A stretch of 59,091 nucleotides of DNA from Gaiellaceae bacterium (GTDB lineage Bacteria; Actinomycetota; Thermoleophilia; Gaiellales; Gaiellaceae). Within the stretch, counting starts at the first letter, position 1; each line of letters starts with the position of its first letter. Where the stretch lies: contig JAWOIV010000030.1 in NCBI GenBank assembly GCA_046484465.1, forward strand, positions 1 to 59,091, written 5' to 3'. A model generated the notes under the pieces. It was given only the letters and a program-made list of their open reading frames with translations. It was not told the DNA's origin and ran no database searches. Both the position numbers and the translations under genes were made by a program. Shown here piece by piece: positions 8,665 through 18,524 of this stretch.

Positions 8665-10891
8665 GCTCGCCACCGTCACCGTCGACGATCGCACAGTCGA
8701 AGTGCCGAAGGGCACCGGCCTCGTGGAGACCGCGCAGGCCGCAGGGATCGAGATCCCGGTGTTCTGCTACGAGCCGCGTCTGGGGCCGCCGGTGGGAGCG
8801 TGCCGCATGTGCCTCGTGGAGATCGAGGGGATGCCGAAGCTGCAGGCCGGCTGCACGCTGACCGCGCAGGACGGCATGGTCATCCGCACGTCGGCGACCT
8901 CCGAGAAGGCAGCGGAGGGGCAGGAGGCGACGCTCGAGTTCATCCTCGTCAACCATCCGCTCGACTGCCCCGTCTGCGACAAGGGCGGCGAGTGCCCGCT
9001 CCAGGACCTCACCTTCCGCCACGGGCCGGGCAACACACGCATGAGCTTCTCCAAGCTCACCGTGGAGAAGCCGATCCCCGTCTCGCCGCTGATCGCCCTC
9101 GACCGCGAGCGCTGCATCCTCTGCTACCGGTGCACCCGCTTCTCCGAGGACGTCGCCGAGGATGGCCTGCTCATCGCGCGCAACCGGGGCTCGCACACCG
9201 AGATCGCGACCTTCGAGGACGAGCCGTACCGCTCCCCGTTCTCGGGCAACGTCATCGAGCTCTGCCCCGTCGGCGCGCTGACCTCCACGCTCTACCGCTT
9301 CGACGCCCGGCCGTGGGAGATCCAGAACGTGCCCACCATCTGCACGGGCTGCGCGGTCGGCTGCAACGTCTCCGCGACCATCCGTGAGAACAAGGTGAAG
9401 CGCATCCTGTCGCGGAATCACCCGGAGGTCGACCGCGGCTGGCTCTGCGACAAGGGTCGCTTCACGTACCCGCATCTTCGCGCGCCGGACCGCATCTCGG
9501 CTCCGCTCCGCCGGGGCTCGAAGGGCCTCGAGGAGATCTCCTGGGACGAGGCGCTGGATGGCGCGGAGGCGATCCTGCGCGAGTGCGAGGGCGCGATCGT
9601 CACGGCGCTCTCCGGGTCGGAGACGACCGAGATCGCATACGGGCTCGGGAAGCTCATGCGCGAGGGGCTCGACGCGCACTCCGCGGTCCTCCCGGAGGCG
9701 ACCTCGGACGCGCTCGACGCGTTCAGGCTCCCGCTCTCCGCGATCGCGGACGCGGAGCTCGTGGTCGTCGTGGGCGACGACCCGGTGGTCGAGCGCGCGC
9801 CGATTGCCGACCTCTGGGTCAAGGAGGCGCGAAGGCGCAGCGCAGAGGTCGTCGTCTGCTCACCGGTCGGTGACGTGCAGGTTGCCCCTGGTGGCGCAAC
9901 CGAGCTCTGCCGCATGCTCGCCGCGTCGGGCCACGCCTTGGGCGAGCGTCTGAGGTCGGCCGAACGCGCAGTCCTCGTCTGGTCCGGCCCCGGCGGCGGC
10001 GGCGGCGCGCGGATCGCGGAGCTCGCGCACGCGCTGGGGCTGGACGAGCGCCCCGGATCGGGCGCCTTCCACCTCCCGGCCACGCCGAACGCGCAGGGCG
10101 TCGCGGCGGCCTGGGCCGCAGCCGCGGACGCCGACGAGTCCGACCCCGAGCCGATCCGCCTGCTCCTCGTCTCCGGCGACGTCGCAGCCGCAGATCCAGC
10201 CGTCCGCGCCCTTGCCGAGCAGGCCGAGCGGGTGATCGTCCTGACGATGTTCCAGGGGCTCGCGAGCGGCTGGGCCGACCTGATCCTGCCGGCGACCGGC
10301 GCCCTCGAGCGCGACGGCACCACGATGAACCTCGAGGGACGCGTCCAGCGACTCCGGCGGGCGGTGATGGCCCCTTGCCCCGACGAGCTGGCATGGATCT
10401 CGAAGCTCGCGGATCGTTTCGGCGTCGAGCTCTCGCCCCACGCCTCTGTCGTCTACGTGGAGGTCGCCGAGCATCTCTATCGCGACCTCGGGCTCGGCGA
10501 CGTGGGGCTCTACGCGGGCCTCCCGGCCCGGCGCCCGTTCGAGGCGCCGGCGGCGGCAACCACTCCAGCGCCTGACGCGCCGCTCGCGCCGGCGGACGAC
10601 CACTTCGTCGGCGAGCTTCGGCTCCACCGCGTGCACGGGCTCTTCTCGGGCCCAGCCGTCGACCGCGTGCCCGAGCTCCGCTTCCTGCGGCCCGCTCCCG
10701 AGGTGGAGCTGTCCCCGGGCGACGCCCACCGGCGCGGGATCGAGGCCGGCGACGTCGTGCACGTGCGCTCGAACGGCACGTCGGTAGAGCTCCGCGCGAC
10801 CGTCAACCGGAGGCTGATCGACGGCGTGGCACGCGTCGCGGACGAGCACGGCAGAGACCTGCACCCGAACGTCGAAGTGGTGAAAGCCTGA
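8657..10891 (+). CDS. nuoG: NADH-quinone oxidoreductase subunit G
   Basis: N-terminal 2Fe-2S/4Fe-4S motifs (CRMCLVE, HPLDCPVCDKGGEC, CILCYRCTRF) plus a molybdopterin-like domain. Confidence 0.95.
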   Translation: MPELATVTVDDRTVEVPKGTGLVETAQAAGIEIPVFCYEPRLGPPVGACRMCLVEIEGMPKLQAGCTLTAQDGMVIRTSATSEKAAEGQEATLEFILVNHPLDCPVCDKGGECPLQDLTFRHGPGNTRMSFSKLTVEKPIPVSPLIALDRERCILCYRCTRFSEDVAEDGLLIARNRGSHTEIATFEDEPYRSPFSGNVIELCPVGALTSTLYRFDARPWEIQNVPTICTGCAVGCNVSATIRENKVKRILSRNHPEVDRGWLCDKGRFTYPHLRAPDRISAPLRRGSKGLEEISWDEALDGAEAILRECEGAIVTALSGSETTEIAYGLGKLMREGLDAHSAVLPEATSDALDAFRLPLSAIADAELVVVVGDDPVVERAPIADLWVKEARRRSAEVVVCSPVGDVQVAPGGATELCRMLAASGHALGERLRSAERAVLVWSGPGGGGGARIAELAHALGLDERPGSGAFHLPATPNAQGVAAAWAAAADADESDPEPIRLLLVSGDVAAADPAVRALAEQAERVIVLTMFQGLASGWADLILPATGALERDGTTMNLEGRVQRLRRAVMAPCPDELAWISKLADRFGVELSPHASVVYVEVAEHLYRDLGLGDVGLYAGLPARRPFEAPAAATTPAPDAPLAPADDHFVGELRLHRVHGLFSGPAVDRVPELRFLRPAPEVELSPGDAHRRGIEAGDVVHVRSNGTSVELRATVNRRLIDGVARVADEHGRDLHPNVEVVKA

Positions 10892-11892
10892 TGCAGCAGG
10901 TGGAGTGGTGGGTGAGCCTGATCCAGGCCTTCGTGGTCATCAACATCGTGATGGGGACGTTCGCGTACCTCACGCTCGCGGAGCGCAAGGTGATGGGGCG
11001 CATGCAGCTTCGCTACGGCCCGAACCGGGTCGGCCCGTACGGGCTCCTCCAGCCGATCGCCGACCTCATGAAGCTGCTCCACAAGGAGACCTTCCAGCCC
11101 GCGGCCGCGATCGGCTGGCTCTACATCCTCGGGCCGTTCATCGCCGCGTTCACGGCGCTCGCGACGTTCTCGGTGATCCCGTTCGGCCCGGGCTGGGAGA
11201 TCGGCGGCGTCTACGTCCCCGGGCAGGTCGCCGACGTCGACATCGCGCTCGTCCTCATCTTCGCCATCGGCTCGATCGGGGCGTACGGCTTCATCATCGG
11301 TGGCTGGGCGTCCGACTCGAAGTACGCGCTCCTCGGGTCGATGCGCACCTGCGCGCAGCTCGTGTCGTACGAGGTCGCCCTCGCGCTATCCGTGCTCGGG
11401 GTCGTGATCATGGCCGGGACGCTCTCGCTCACCGAGATCGTGGCTGCCCAGTCGGGCTCGATCTGGTACGTCGTCCCCCAGTTCGTCGGCTTCGTCGTCT
11501 TCCTGCTCGCCGGCACTGCCGAGACCTCGCGCGCACCGTTCGACCTCCCCGAGGCGGAGCAGGAGCTCGTCGCCGGGTACCACACCGAGTACGGCGGGAT
11601 GCGCTTCGGCCTCTACTCGATGTCCGAGTACATCAACCTCATCACGCTGTCGGGGCTCTGCGTGACCCTCTTCCTCGGCGGCTGGCACGGCATCGTCTGG
11701 GACGGCCCCTCCTGGGTCGCACCCCTCTGGTTCATCGCCAAGCTGGTCGTGCTGCTGTACGTCTTCATCTGGATGCGCACGACGCTGCCGCGGCTTCGCT
11801 ATGACCAGCTGATGCGCTTCGGCTGGAAGGTTCTGCTCCCCGTCGCGACGGTCAACGCCGTCGTGACCGCGATCCTCGTGGTGGCGATCTAG
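10891..11892 (+). CDS. nuoH: NADH-quinone oxidoreductase subunit H
   Basis: ND1-family membrane protein (AERKVMGRMQLRYGPNRVGP). TGATG overlap with nuoG. Confidence 0.95.
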   Translation: MQQVEWWVSLIQAFVVINIVMGTFAYLTLAERKVMGRMQLRYGPNRVGPYGLLQPIADLMKLLHKETFQPAAAIGWLYILGPFIAAFTALATFSVIPFGPGWEIGGVYVPGQVADVDIALVLIFAIGSIGAYGFIIGGWASDSKYALLGSMRTCAQLVSYEVALALSVLGVVIMAGTLSLTEIVAAQSGSIWYVVPQFVGFVVFLLAGTAETSRAPFDLPEAEQELVAGYHTEYGGMRFGLYSMSEYINLITLSGLCVTLFLGGWHGIVWDGPSWVAPLWFIAKLVVLLYVFIWMRTTLPRLRYDQLMRFGWKVLLPVATVNAVVTAILVVAI

Positions 11893-12387
11893 ATGCCGCA
11901 GCCGTTCGACTCGCTCAAGGGCTTCGGCGTCACGTTCCGGCAGATCTTCCGCAAGCCGATCACCCAGCAGTACCCGGAGTACAAGCGCCCCGTCTACCCG
12001 CGCTTCCGCGGACGTCACCGACTGCACGTGCACGAAAACGGGCTCGAGAAGTGCGTCGGGTGCTCGCTCTGCGCCGCCGCGTGCCCGGCCGACTGCATCC
12101 GCGTCGTCGCCGAGGAGAACACCGCCGAGGACCGTGTCTCTGCCGGAGAGAGGTACGCACGGATCTACGAGATCAACATGAGCCGCTGCATCTTCTGCGG
12201 CTACTGCGAGCTCGCGTGCCCGTTCGACGCGATCACCCTCGGCAACGAGTTCGAGCTCGCCGAGTACTCGCGCGACGACCTCATCTACACGAAGGACATG
12301 CTCCTCGCCGAGCCGATCAAGCGCGTCCCGGTCGCCGACGCCGACCGCTTCGACACGCCGGTGCCCGCATACAGGGCCCGGTCATGA
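11893..12387 (+). CDS. nuoI: NADH-quinone oxidoreductase subunit I
   Basis: Two CxxCxxCxxxCP ferredoxin motifs ([24 protein letters not shown]). Confidence 0.95.
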   Translation: MPQPFDSLKGFGVTFRQIFRKPITQQYPEYKRPVYPRFRGRHRLHVHENGLEKCVGCSLCAAACPADCIRVVAEENTAEDRVSAGERYARIYEINMSRCIFCGYCELACPFDAITLGNEFELAEYSRDDLIYTKDMLLAEPIKRVPVADADRFDTPVPAYRARS

Positions 12388-12465
12388 GATGAGCGCCGTT
12401 ATCGACACTGCACACACGCCGGCCGCGGAGCGGCCGCCTTCGCGGATCTCGAGCGATAACGCCTG

Positions 12466-13047
12466 ATGGGCAACGTCCTCGTCTGGATCGTGTGGTTCCT
12501 GGCCGCCGGCGGGCTCCTCGCGAGCGCAGCCGCCGTGGTCAGCCTGACGAACCCCTTCTACTCGGCGCTGGCCCTCATCGCGAACCTCGCCTCGCTCGCT
12601 GTCCTCTACCTGCTGCTGGCCGCCGAGTTCCTCGCAGCGGCGCAGGTGCTCGTGTACGCCGGCTCCGTGATGGTCATGTTCCTCTTCGTCGTGGCCTACC
12701 TCGGTGGGCGGGCCGACGCGCCGTGGGCAGGTGGGCCTCCGCTCGTCCGAACCGCAGCGGTCGTCGCAGCCGCCGCCCTCCTCGTGGAGATCGTGGTCGT
12801 CCTCGGGCTCGCCTGGGGCGACAACCTCGGCGAGCCCGCAAACATCACGGCGGCGTTCGGGAGCCCCGCGTCGATCGGCGAGCTCTTCCTCACGGATCAC
12901 CTGCTCGCCTTCGAGATCACCTCCATCGTCCTGCTCGTCGCCGCCGTCGGCGGCGTCATCCTGGGGACGACGCCGCAGCGCAAGGACTCGGACGACGAGA
13001 CCCGTGCGTCCGAGCAGCTGCGGGCGTCCGAGGAGCTGGGAACCTGA
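12466..13047 (+). CDS. nuoJ: NADH-quinone oxidoreductase subunit J
   Basis: ND6-like hydrophobic protein. An in-frame TAA 9 nt upstream fixes the earliest possible start. Confidence 0.85.
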   Translation: MGNVLVWIVWFLAAGGLLASAAAVVSLTNPFYSALALIANLASLAVLYLLLAAEFLAAAQVLVYAGSVMVMFLFVVAYLGGRADAPWAGGPPLVRTAAVVAAAALLVEIVVVLGLAWGDNLGEPANITAAFGSPASIGELFLTDHLLAFEITSIVLLVAAVGGVILGTTPQRKDSDDETRASEQLRASEELGT

Positions 13048-13355
13048 TGGACGGGCCGGGCATCGGCTGGTACCTGATTCTCGCGGCGATCATGTTCGGC
13101 ACCGGGGCACTGGGTGTGATGATGCGCCGCAGTCCGCTGATCGTCCTCCTCTCGCTCGAGCTCATGCTCAACTCGGCGAACCTGACGCTGATCGCCTTCG
13201 CTCGCCAGCACGGAGACCTCGACGGTCAGGTGTTCGCGCTCACGGTGATGGCGGTGGCGGCGGCGGAGGTCGCGATCGGGCTCGGCCTGATCGTGGCCAT
13301 GGCTCGCCGTGACCTCCCGCTCGACGTCGACCAGGCGAGCGCGCTCAGGGGATGA
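13047..13355 (+). CDS. nuoK: NADH-quinone oxidoreductase subunit K
   Basis: ND4L-like (SLELMLNSANL). ATG 13047 shares one base with the nuoJ TGA. Confidence 0.9.
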   Translation: MDGPGIGWYLILAAIMFGTGALGVMMRRSPLIVLLSLELMLNSANLTLIAFARQHGDLDGQVFALTVMAVAAAEVAIGLGLIVAMARRDLPLDVDQASALRG

Positions 13356-13380
13356 CCAACGCTCGCCTTCGGCTCGCGTT

Positions 13381-13407
13381 CGTGGGGGAGACCATGTTTC
13401 CCCCACG
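13381..13407 (+). repeat. hairpin 1 in the nuoK/nuoL spacer (CGTGGGGGA-N9-TCCCCCACG)
   Basis: Perfect 9-bp inverted repeat read directly from the sequence. Confidence 0.7.
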
Positions 13408-13426
13408 TGACCCCTTCTTCCTGAGA

Positions 13427-13454
13427 GCGTGGGGAGTCGCCCGGTTCCCCACGC
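13427..13454 (+). repeat. hairpin 2 in the nuoK/nuoL spacer (GCGTGGGGA-N10-TCCCCACGC)
   Basis: Perfect 9-bp inverted repeat. The stem sequence is related to hairpin 1. Confidence 0.7.
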
Positions 13455-13488
13455 CCCTCCACGCTCACTGGACAACAGAGGTTGCCCT

Positions 13489-15378
13489 GTGAGCTCGCTG
13501 ACCGGAGCCTGGGTCTGCCTCCTCGCCCCGCTCGTGGGGGCGCTCGCGATCACGCTCGCGGGGCAGCGCATCTCGCGACGCACCGCAGGCTGGATCTCGA
13601 CGCTGACGACGTTCGCCGCATTCGGCGGCGCACTCGTCGCGTTCGTCGGGCTGTGGGCTACGGATCACGGCGACCGCGAGCAGCTCTCCACCGCGTACAC
13701 GTGGCTCGCGGCGGGCGACTTCGAGATCGAGCTGCAGATCCTGCTCGACACGCTCTCGAGCACGATGATGCTGATCGTCTCCGGCGTCGGCGGGCTGATC
13801 GTCTGGTACTCGATGGGCTACATGGCCGGCGACGACGAGGAGCGTCGGTACTTCGCGTACATGTCGCTCTTCGTCTTCGCGATGCTCATGCTCGTCCAGG
13901 CGGGGAACTTCCTGCTGCTCCTCGTCGGCTGGGGCCTCGTCGGCCTCGCGTCCTACCTGCTGATCGGATTCTGGCACCAGCGGCCGGAAGCGATCGCCGC
14001 GGCGAAGAAGGCGTTCATCGTGAACGCGTTCGGCGACGCAACGTTCATGCTCGCGCTCGTGCTGCTCGTGTGGCAGACGGGGACGCTGGAGTTCCTCGGC
14101 GTCTTCGAGCAGGTGGACGGGCTCTCGACGACCCTGGTGAACCTCGTCGCTCTCGGCCTTCTCGGCGGCGCGGTCGCGAAGTCGGCGCAGATTCCGCTGC
14201 ATACGTGGCTCCCGGATGCGATGGAGGGCCCGACCCCCGTCTCCGCGCTCATTCACGCCGCGACGATGGTGACCGCAGGTGTGTATCTGCTCGTCCGCGC
14301 AAGCCCCGTCTTCGAGGCCGCGCCCGACATCCAGCACCTCGCAGCCATCCTCGGCGCGGTCACGCTCCTGGCCGCCGGAGTGATCGCCCTCGTCCAGTGG
14401 GACATCAAGCGTGTCATCGCGTACTCGACGATGTCGCAGATCGGCTACATGTTCCTGGCGGCGGGGATCGGTGCCTACGGCTACGCGATCTTCCACCTCA
14501 TGACGCACGCCTTCTTCAAGGCGCTGCTCTTCATGTCCGCGGGCCTCGTCATCCACCATCTCGGAGGCGAGCAGGACATCCGGCGCATGGGCGGCCTCAA
14601 GAACGTCATGCCGAAGACGCACATCGCGTTCCTCGTCGGCACGCTGGCTCTCGTCGGGATCCCGATCTTCGCGGGGTTCTGGTCGAAGGACGGGATCATC
14701 TCGTCCGCTCTCGCCACGGGGGGCGCGCTGGGCTGGACGCTCTACGTCGCGGCGCTCGTCGGCGCGCTCCTCACCGGCGCGTACGCGTTCCGCCTCTACT
14801 TCACGGTCTTCCGCGGCCCCGAGAGCGAGCTCGTTGCGGAGCACGCACACGGTGACCACGGCGAGGGCCCGGCCTCGATGCTCGCACCCGTCGGCATCCT
14901 CACCGTGCTCGCGACGATCGGTGGCCTCGTCGTCATCCCGGGCGTCTGGGAGCCCTTCCTCCACTGGATCGACGAGACGGCCGAGTCCCTCGTGCATCCC
15001 ACGGTCGCGCAGGACTACGGGACGAGCGCGCTTGCGGTCACACTCGGGCTCGCCGGCTTCTACCTCGCCAGGCGCGCGTTCGGGGGTGGCCGCCAGCTCG
15101 TGAGCGACCCGACTGCCTGGCGCGTCCTCGAGCACAAGCTCTACTTCGACGAGCTCTACGACGCGCTCTTCTACCGACCCGCCGTCGCGCTGTCGGTGAC
15201 GCTCCGGACGAACGTCGAGGAGCCGATCATCGAGCGCTCCCTCGACGAGATCGGCTCCGGGACGATCCAGGCCGGCGGAGAGCTCGCGCGAGCCCAGTCG
15301 GGCCTCCTGCGGACGTACGCGATCACGGTGGCGTTCGCGGTGGTCGTCCTCGTCGTCGTCTTCGTGGCGGTGAGGTAG
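13489..15378 (+). CDS. nuoL: NADH-quinone oxidoreductase subunit L
   Basis: ND5 family. GTG 13489 chosen (VSSLTGAWVCLLAPL...) because the ORF-track start 13429 would translate through hairpin 2. Confidence 0.9.
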   Translation: MSSLTGAWVCLLAPLVGALAITLAGQRISRRTAGWISTLTTFAAFGGALVAFVGLWATDHGDREQLSTAYTWLAAGDFEIELQILLDTLSSTMMLIVSGVGGLIVWYSMGYMAGDDEERRYFAYMSLFVFAMLMLVQAGNFLLLLVGWGLVGLASYLLIGFWHQRPEAIAAAKKAFIVNAFGDATFMLALVLLVWQTGTLEFLGVFEQVDGLSTTLVNLVALGLLGGAVAKSAQIPLHTWLPDAMEGPTPVSALIHAATMVTAGVYLLVRASPVFEAAPDIQHLAAILGAVTLLAAGVIALVQWDIKRVIAYSTMSQIGYMFLAAGIGAYGYAIFHLMTHAFFKALLFMSAGLVIHHLGGEQDIRRMGGLKNVMPKTHIAFLVGTLALVGIPIFAGFWSKDGIISSALATGGALGWTLYVAALVGALLTGAYAFRLYFTVFRGPESELVAEHAHGDHGEGPASMLAPVGILTVLATIGGLVVIPGVWEPFLHWIDETAESLVHPTVAQDYGTSALAVTLGLAGFYLARRAFGGGRQLVSDPTAWRVLEHKLYFDELYDALFYRPAVALSVTLRTNVEEPIIERSLDEIGSGTIQAGGELARAQSGLLRTYAITVAFAVVVLVVVFVAVR

Positions 15379-15382
15379 CGGA

Positions 15383-16825
15383 ATGCTGACCACGGCCCTC
15401 ATCGTCCTCCCTGTCGTCGGCGCGCTCGTCGTCGCACTGCTGCCGCTGCCGCGATCGGCCACGGCCGGGCTCGCCTTCCTCGTCGCGCTGCTCGAGGTCG
15501 GGCTCTGGGTGGTCGCGGCGACGAGTTTCGACTGGGACGAGGGCGGGCTCCAGCTCGGAACGTCCCGCGAGTGGGTGGAGAGCCTCGGCATCTCCTACTC
15601 CGTCGGCCTCTACGGCTTCAGCGTCTGGCTGGTCGGCGTCAGCGTGATCGTCTGTGCGGCCGCAATCGGCTACGCGACGTGGGTCGGGCGCGACCGGCCC
15701 CGCGCCTACCACGCGCTGATGCTCCTCCTGACCGGCGCGGTCGTTGCGACGTTCGCCTCCCAGGACCTGATCATGTTCTACGTCGCCTTCGAGGCGATGC
15801 TCATCCCGCTCTACGTGCTCGTCGGCGTCTGGGGCGGGGCGCGTCGCCAGGCGGCGACGATGACGTTCGTCGTCTACACGATGGTCGGCTCTCTCCTGAT
15901 GCTCGCCTCGGTCGTCGCCTTCGGCGTCACCCAGGGAACGTTCAGCCTGCTCGACTCGGGGACGAGCGACAACGTCTGGATCTTCCTCGGCTTCGCGATC
16001 GCGTTCGCAGTAAAGGCGCCGCTCTTCCCCTTCCACGGCTGGCTCCCGCTCGCATACCGCGAGGCGCCGATCGAGGTTGCCGCCGTGCTGTCTGCAGTCG
16101 TCTCGAAGACGGCGATCTACGGGTTCCTGCGGATCGGCCTGCCGAAGTTCCCCGAGCCGGTGGCCGACCTGACGGTGCTCGTGCTCGTGCTCGCCGCGGT
16201 GGGACTCCTGTACGGGTCGGTGCTGGCGTTCCGGGCCCCCGACCTGCGCGGGATCGTCGCCTACTCGTCGATGGCCCAGATGGGGCTCATCACGCTCGGC
16301 GTGTTCGCGGTGAACGACCTCGGCCTCGACGGGGCCGTTCTGCAGTCGGTCAACCATGCGCTCATCTCCGCGAGCCTCTTCCTGCTCGTCGGCATGGTCG
16401 AGCGCCGCTGCGGGACGGGCGAGCTCGACGCACTCGGCGGGATGGCGCGCGGGCGTCCGATCCTCGCCACCGTCCTGCTCGTGGCCGGGATGATGGCCCT
16501 GGCCGTGCCTGGATCGACGACGTTCGCCGGCGAGTTCCTGATCATGACCGGTGTCTACGCGGAGGGCTGGGGCTACGCGGCCGTCGTGGCGCTCGCCATC
16601 GTCCTCGCCGCGATGTACACACTGCGGCTGATCTCCGCAGTGCTGCACGTTCGCCCCGGCCGCGCTGCCCGAGACGAAGCGCTCGACCTTCGTCCCGTGG
16701 AGCTCGGTCTCGTCCTGCCGCTGCTCGCCTGCCTGCTCGTGCTCTCGGCGTGGCCCGCACTCGTGAGCGCGAGCTCGTTCCCGCGCGACAGAGCGTCGAG
16801 CTTCATCGCGGAGGGCTTCCGATGA
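15383..16825 (+). CDS. nuoM: NADH-quinone oxidoreductase subunit M
   Basis: ND4-family antiporter-like subunit. Confidence 0.95.
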   Translation: MLTTALIVLPVVGALVVALLPLPRSATAGLAFLVALLEVGLWVVAATSFDWDEGGLQLGTSREWVESLGISYSVGLYGFSVWLVGVSVIVCAAAIGYATWVGRDRPRAYHALMLLLTGAVVATFASQDLIMFYVAFEAMLIPLYVLVGVWGGARRQAATMTFVVYTMVGSLLMLASVVAFGVTQGTFSLLDSGTSDNVWIFLGFAIAFAVKAPLFPFHGWLPLAYREAPIEVAAVLSAVVSKTAIYGFLRIGLPKFPEPVADLTVLVLVLAAVGLLYGSVLAFRAPDLRGIVAYSSMAQMGLITLGVFAVNDLGLDGAVLQSVNHALISASLFLLVGMVERRCGTGELDALGGMARGRPILATVLLVAGMMALAVPGSTTFAGEFLIMTGVYAEGWGYAAVVALAIVLAAMYTLRLISAVLHVRPGRAARDEALDLRPVELGLVLPLLACLLVLSAWPALVSASSFPRDRASSFIAEGFR

Positions 16826-18288
16826 TCGACACGCCGAAGGTCGACTGGTTCGCGCTCGCGCCGACCCTCGCGCTCCTCGGGGCATCGGGCGTCGCCCTGC
16901 TCGCCTCGGTCCTGGTCCCGGCCTGGATGCGGAAGACCGCCGCCGCGGGGATCGTGCTCGCCGGCTTCGTCGTCGCTGCGATCCTCGCCGGCGCCGTCTT
17001 CGCCGATACGACGGCGCCGGAGGTGACGATCTCGGGCTCGATGGTGCAGGACCAGCTCGCGGCCTTCGCGCAGGTCGTGCTCGGGCTGATCGGAGCCGTG
17101 GTCGTCCTCGTCTCGTGGACGGAGCCGAGGCGCGACCACCGCGGGGAGTTCTACGCGCTTCTCGCTGCCGCCGGCGCCGGGATGATCTTCTTCGTCGGCG
17201 CTTCGAACCTGATGACCCTCTTCCTCGGGCTCGAGTGGTTCTCGCTCTGCCTCTACGTCCTCGTCGCGTTCGACACCGACCGCGCGCGATCGCTCGAAGC
17301 CGGGCTGAAGTACCTGATCGTCGGCGGCTTCGGCTCCGCGATCCTGCTGTTCGGCTCGGCGCTCGTGTACGGCGCGACGGGCGAGATCGGGCTCGCGGAG
17401 ATCGCCGCTGCGGAGGCGGGCACGGACGCGTTCCTCGTAGCCGGCCTCGCGATGATCCTCGCCGGTCTGGCGTTCAAGGTCTCCGCGGCGCCGTTCCACA
17501 TGTGGACGCCGGACGTCTACCAGGGGTCGCCGACGTCGATCACGGGCTTCATGTCGGCGGCCACGAAGGCCGCAGCGATGGTCGTGACGCTCCGCGTGCT
17601 CTACACGGCATTTCCGGAGGAGCGCGAGATCTGGACGATCGCGGTAGCGGTGCTCGCGGTCGTCTCGCTCGTGTGGGGGAACCTCGCAGCGTTCGCGCAG
17701 CGCGACGCCAAGCGCCTCCTCGCGTACTCGTCGATCTCGCACGCGGGTTTCATGTTCATCGCCGTGGCCGCAGGGACCGAGGCAGGCGCCTCGGCCCTTC
17801 TCTACTACCTCGTCCCGTACGCCGCGATGTCCGTCGGGGCGTTCGCGGTCCTCGCCGCGCGCGAGCGCGAGCTCGGTCGTGACGTCGCGCTCGAGGACCT
17901 CGCGGGCCTCGGCTGGGAGCGCCCGCTCCTCGGCGCCTCGATGTGGGTGTTCATGCTCGGCTTCGCCGGCTTCCCGCTCACGGGCGGCATGTTCGGGAAG
18001 CTCTTCGTCTTCACGGCCGCGTACGACGCGGGCGACTGGTGGCTCGTGGTCGTCGGCGTCCTCGCCACCGCCGTGTCCATCGGCTATTACCTCAACGTCG
18101 TGCGCTGGATGTACATGCGCACGAGCACGGACGACCTGCGCATGGCGGTCGCCGGTGGCTCGCCGCCGCGCGATCCGGCTCTCGGTGTCGCCGTGGCCCT
18201 GTCCGTGGTCGTCACGGTCGGCTCGTTCTTCGCCGTGCAGCCGATCCTCGACTACGCGGCCGACGCCGCGCGGTCGCTGCCCCTGTGA
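16822..18288 (+). CDS. nuoN: NADH-quinone oxidoreductase subunit N
   Basis: ND2 family (MIDTPKVDWFALAPTL...). ATGA overlap with the nuoM stop. Confidence 0.9.
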   Translation: MIDTPKVDWFALAPTLALLGASGVALLASVLVPAWMRKTAAAGIVLAGFVVAAILAGAVFADTTAPEVTISGSMVQDQLAAFAQVVLGLIGAVVVLVSWTEPRRDHRGEFYALLAAAGAGMIFFVGASNLMTLFLGLEWFSLCLYVLVAFDTDRARSLEAGLKYLIVGGFGSAILLFGSALVYGATGEIGLAEIAAAEAGTDAFLVAGLAMILAGLAFKVSAAPFHMWTPDVYQGSPTSITGFMSAATKAAAMVVTLRVLYTAFPEEREIWTIAVAVLAVVSLVWGNLAAFAQRDAKRLLAYSSISHAGFMFIAVAAGTEAGASALLYYLVPYAAMSVGAFAVLAARERELGRDVALEDLAGLGWERPLLGASMWVFMLGFAGFPLTGGMFGKLFVFTAAYDAGDWWLVVVGVLATAVSIGYYLNVVRWMYMRTSTDDLRMAVAGGSPPRDPALGVAVALSVVVTVGSFFAVQPILDYAADAARSLPL

Positions 18289-18474
18289 TCAGCGGGCCGG
18301 TCCCGCGGGACGCTCGCGGGCGTCCCGATGACCGCCGACGGCGAAGCCGATCCCCGCGACCAGGAAGGGCACCGCAGCAACCGATGCTGCGATCGCGAGC
18401 CACGTGAGCCCTGCGACCGCCGTTCCTGCGGCGACCGCTCCAAGACCCAGCCCGGCGACCAGCTGATCACGCAT
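18289..18474 (-). CDS. hypothetical small membrane protein (2 predicted TM segments)
   Basis: 61-aa hydrophobic ORF with reasonable GC3. Its stop abuts the nuoN stop (TGATCA). No SD or -10 is seen upstream, so support is weak. Confidence 0.3.
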   Translation of the reverse strand: MRDQLVAGLGLGAVAAGTAVAGLTWLAIAASVAAVPFLVAGIGFAVGGHRDARERPAGPAR

Positions 18475-18512
18475 CGTGCCCGGCGGGTTCGCCGTCGCTC
18501 ACGCTCCTCCTC

Positions 18513-18518
18513 TAGATT
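18513..18518 (+). promoter_or_regulatory. -10-like hexamer TAGATT, 6 nt before GTG 18525 (leaderless-type)
   Basis: AT-rich TAnnnT hexamer in a 50-bp spacer. Confidence 0.4.
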
Positions 18519-18524
18519 GCGGTC

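Noticed and set aside
13429-13488. Longer nuoL start (ORF-track 13429)
   Set aside because: The extra 20 codons (MGSRPVPHAPPRSLDNRGCP) overlap hairpin 2 and have no ND5 similarity. The hydrophobic N-terminus begins at GTG 13489.
13465-15591. 708-aa minus-strand ORF opposite nuoL
   Set aside because: It is antisense to a confidently identified nuoL. The translation is an Arg/Asp/Glu/His-rich low-complexity sequence typical of shadow frames in GC-rich DNA, with no family resemblance.
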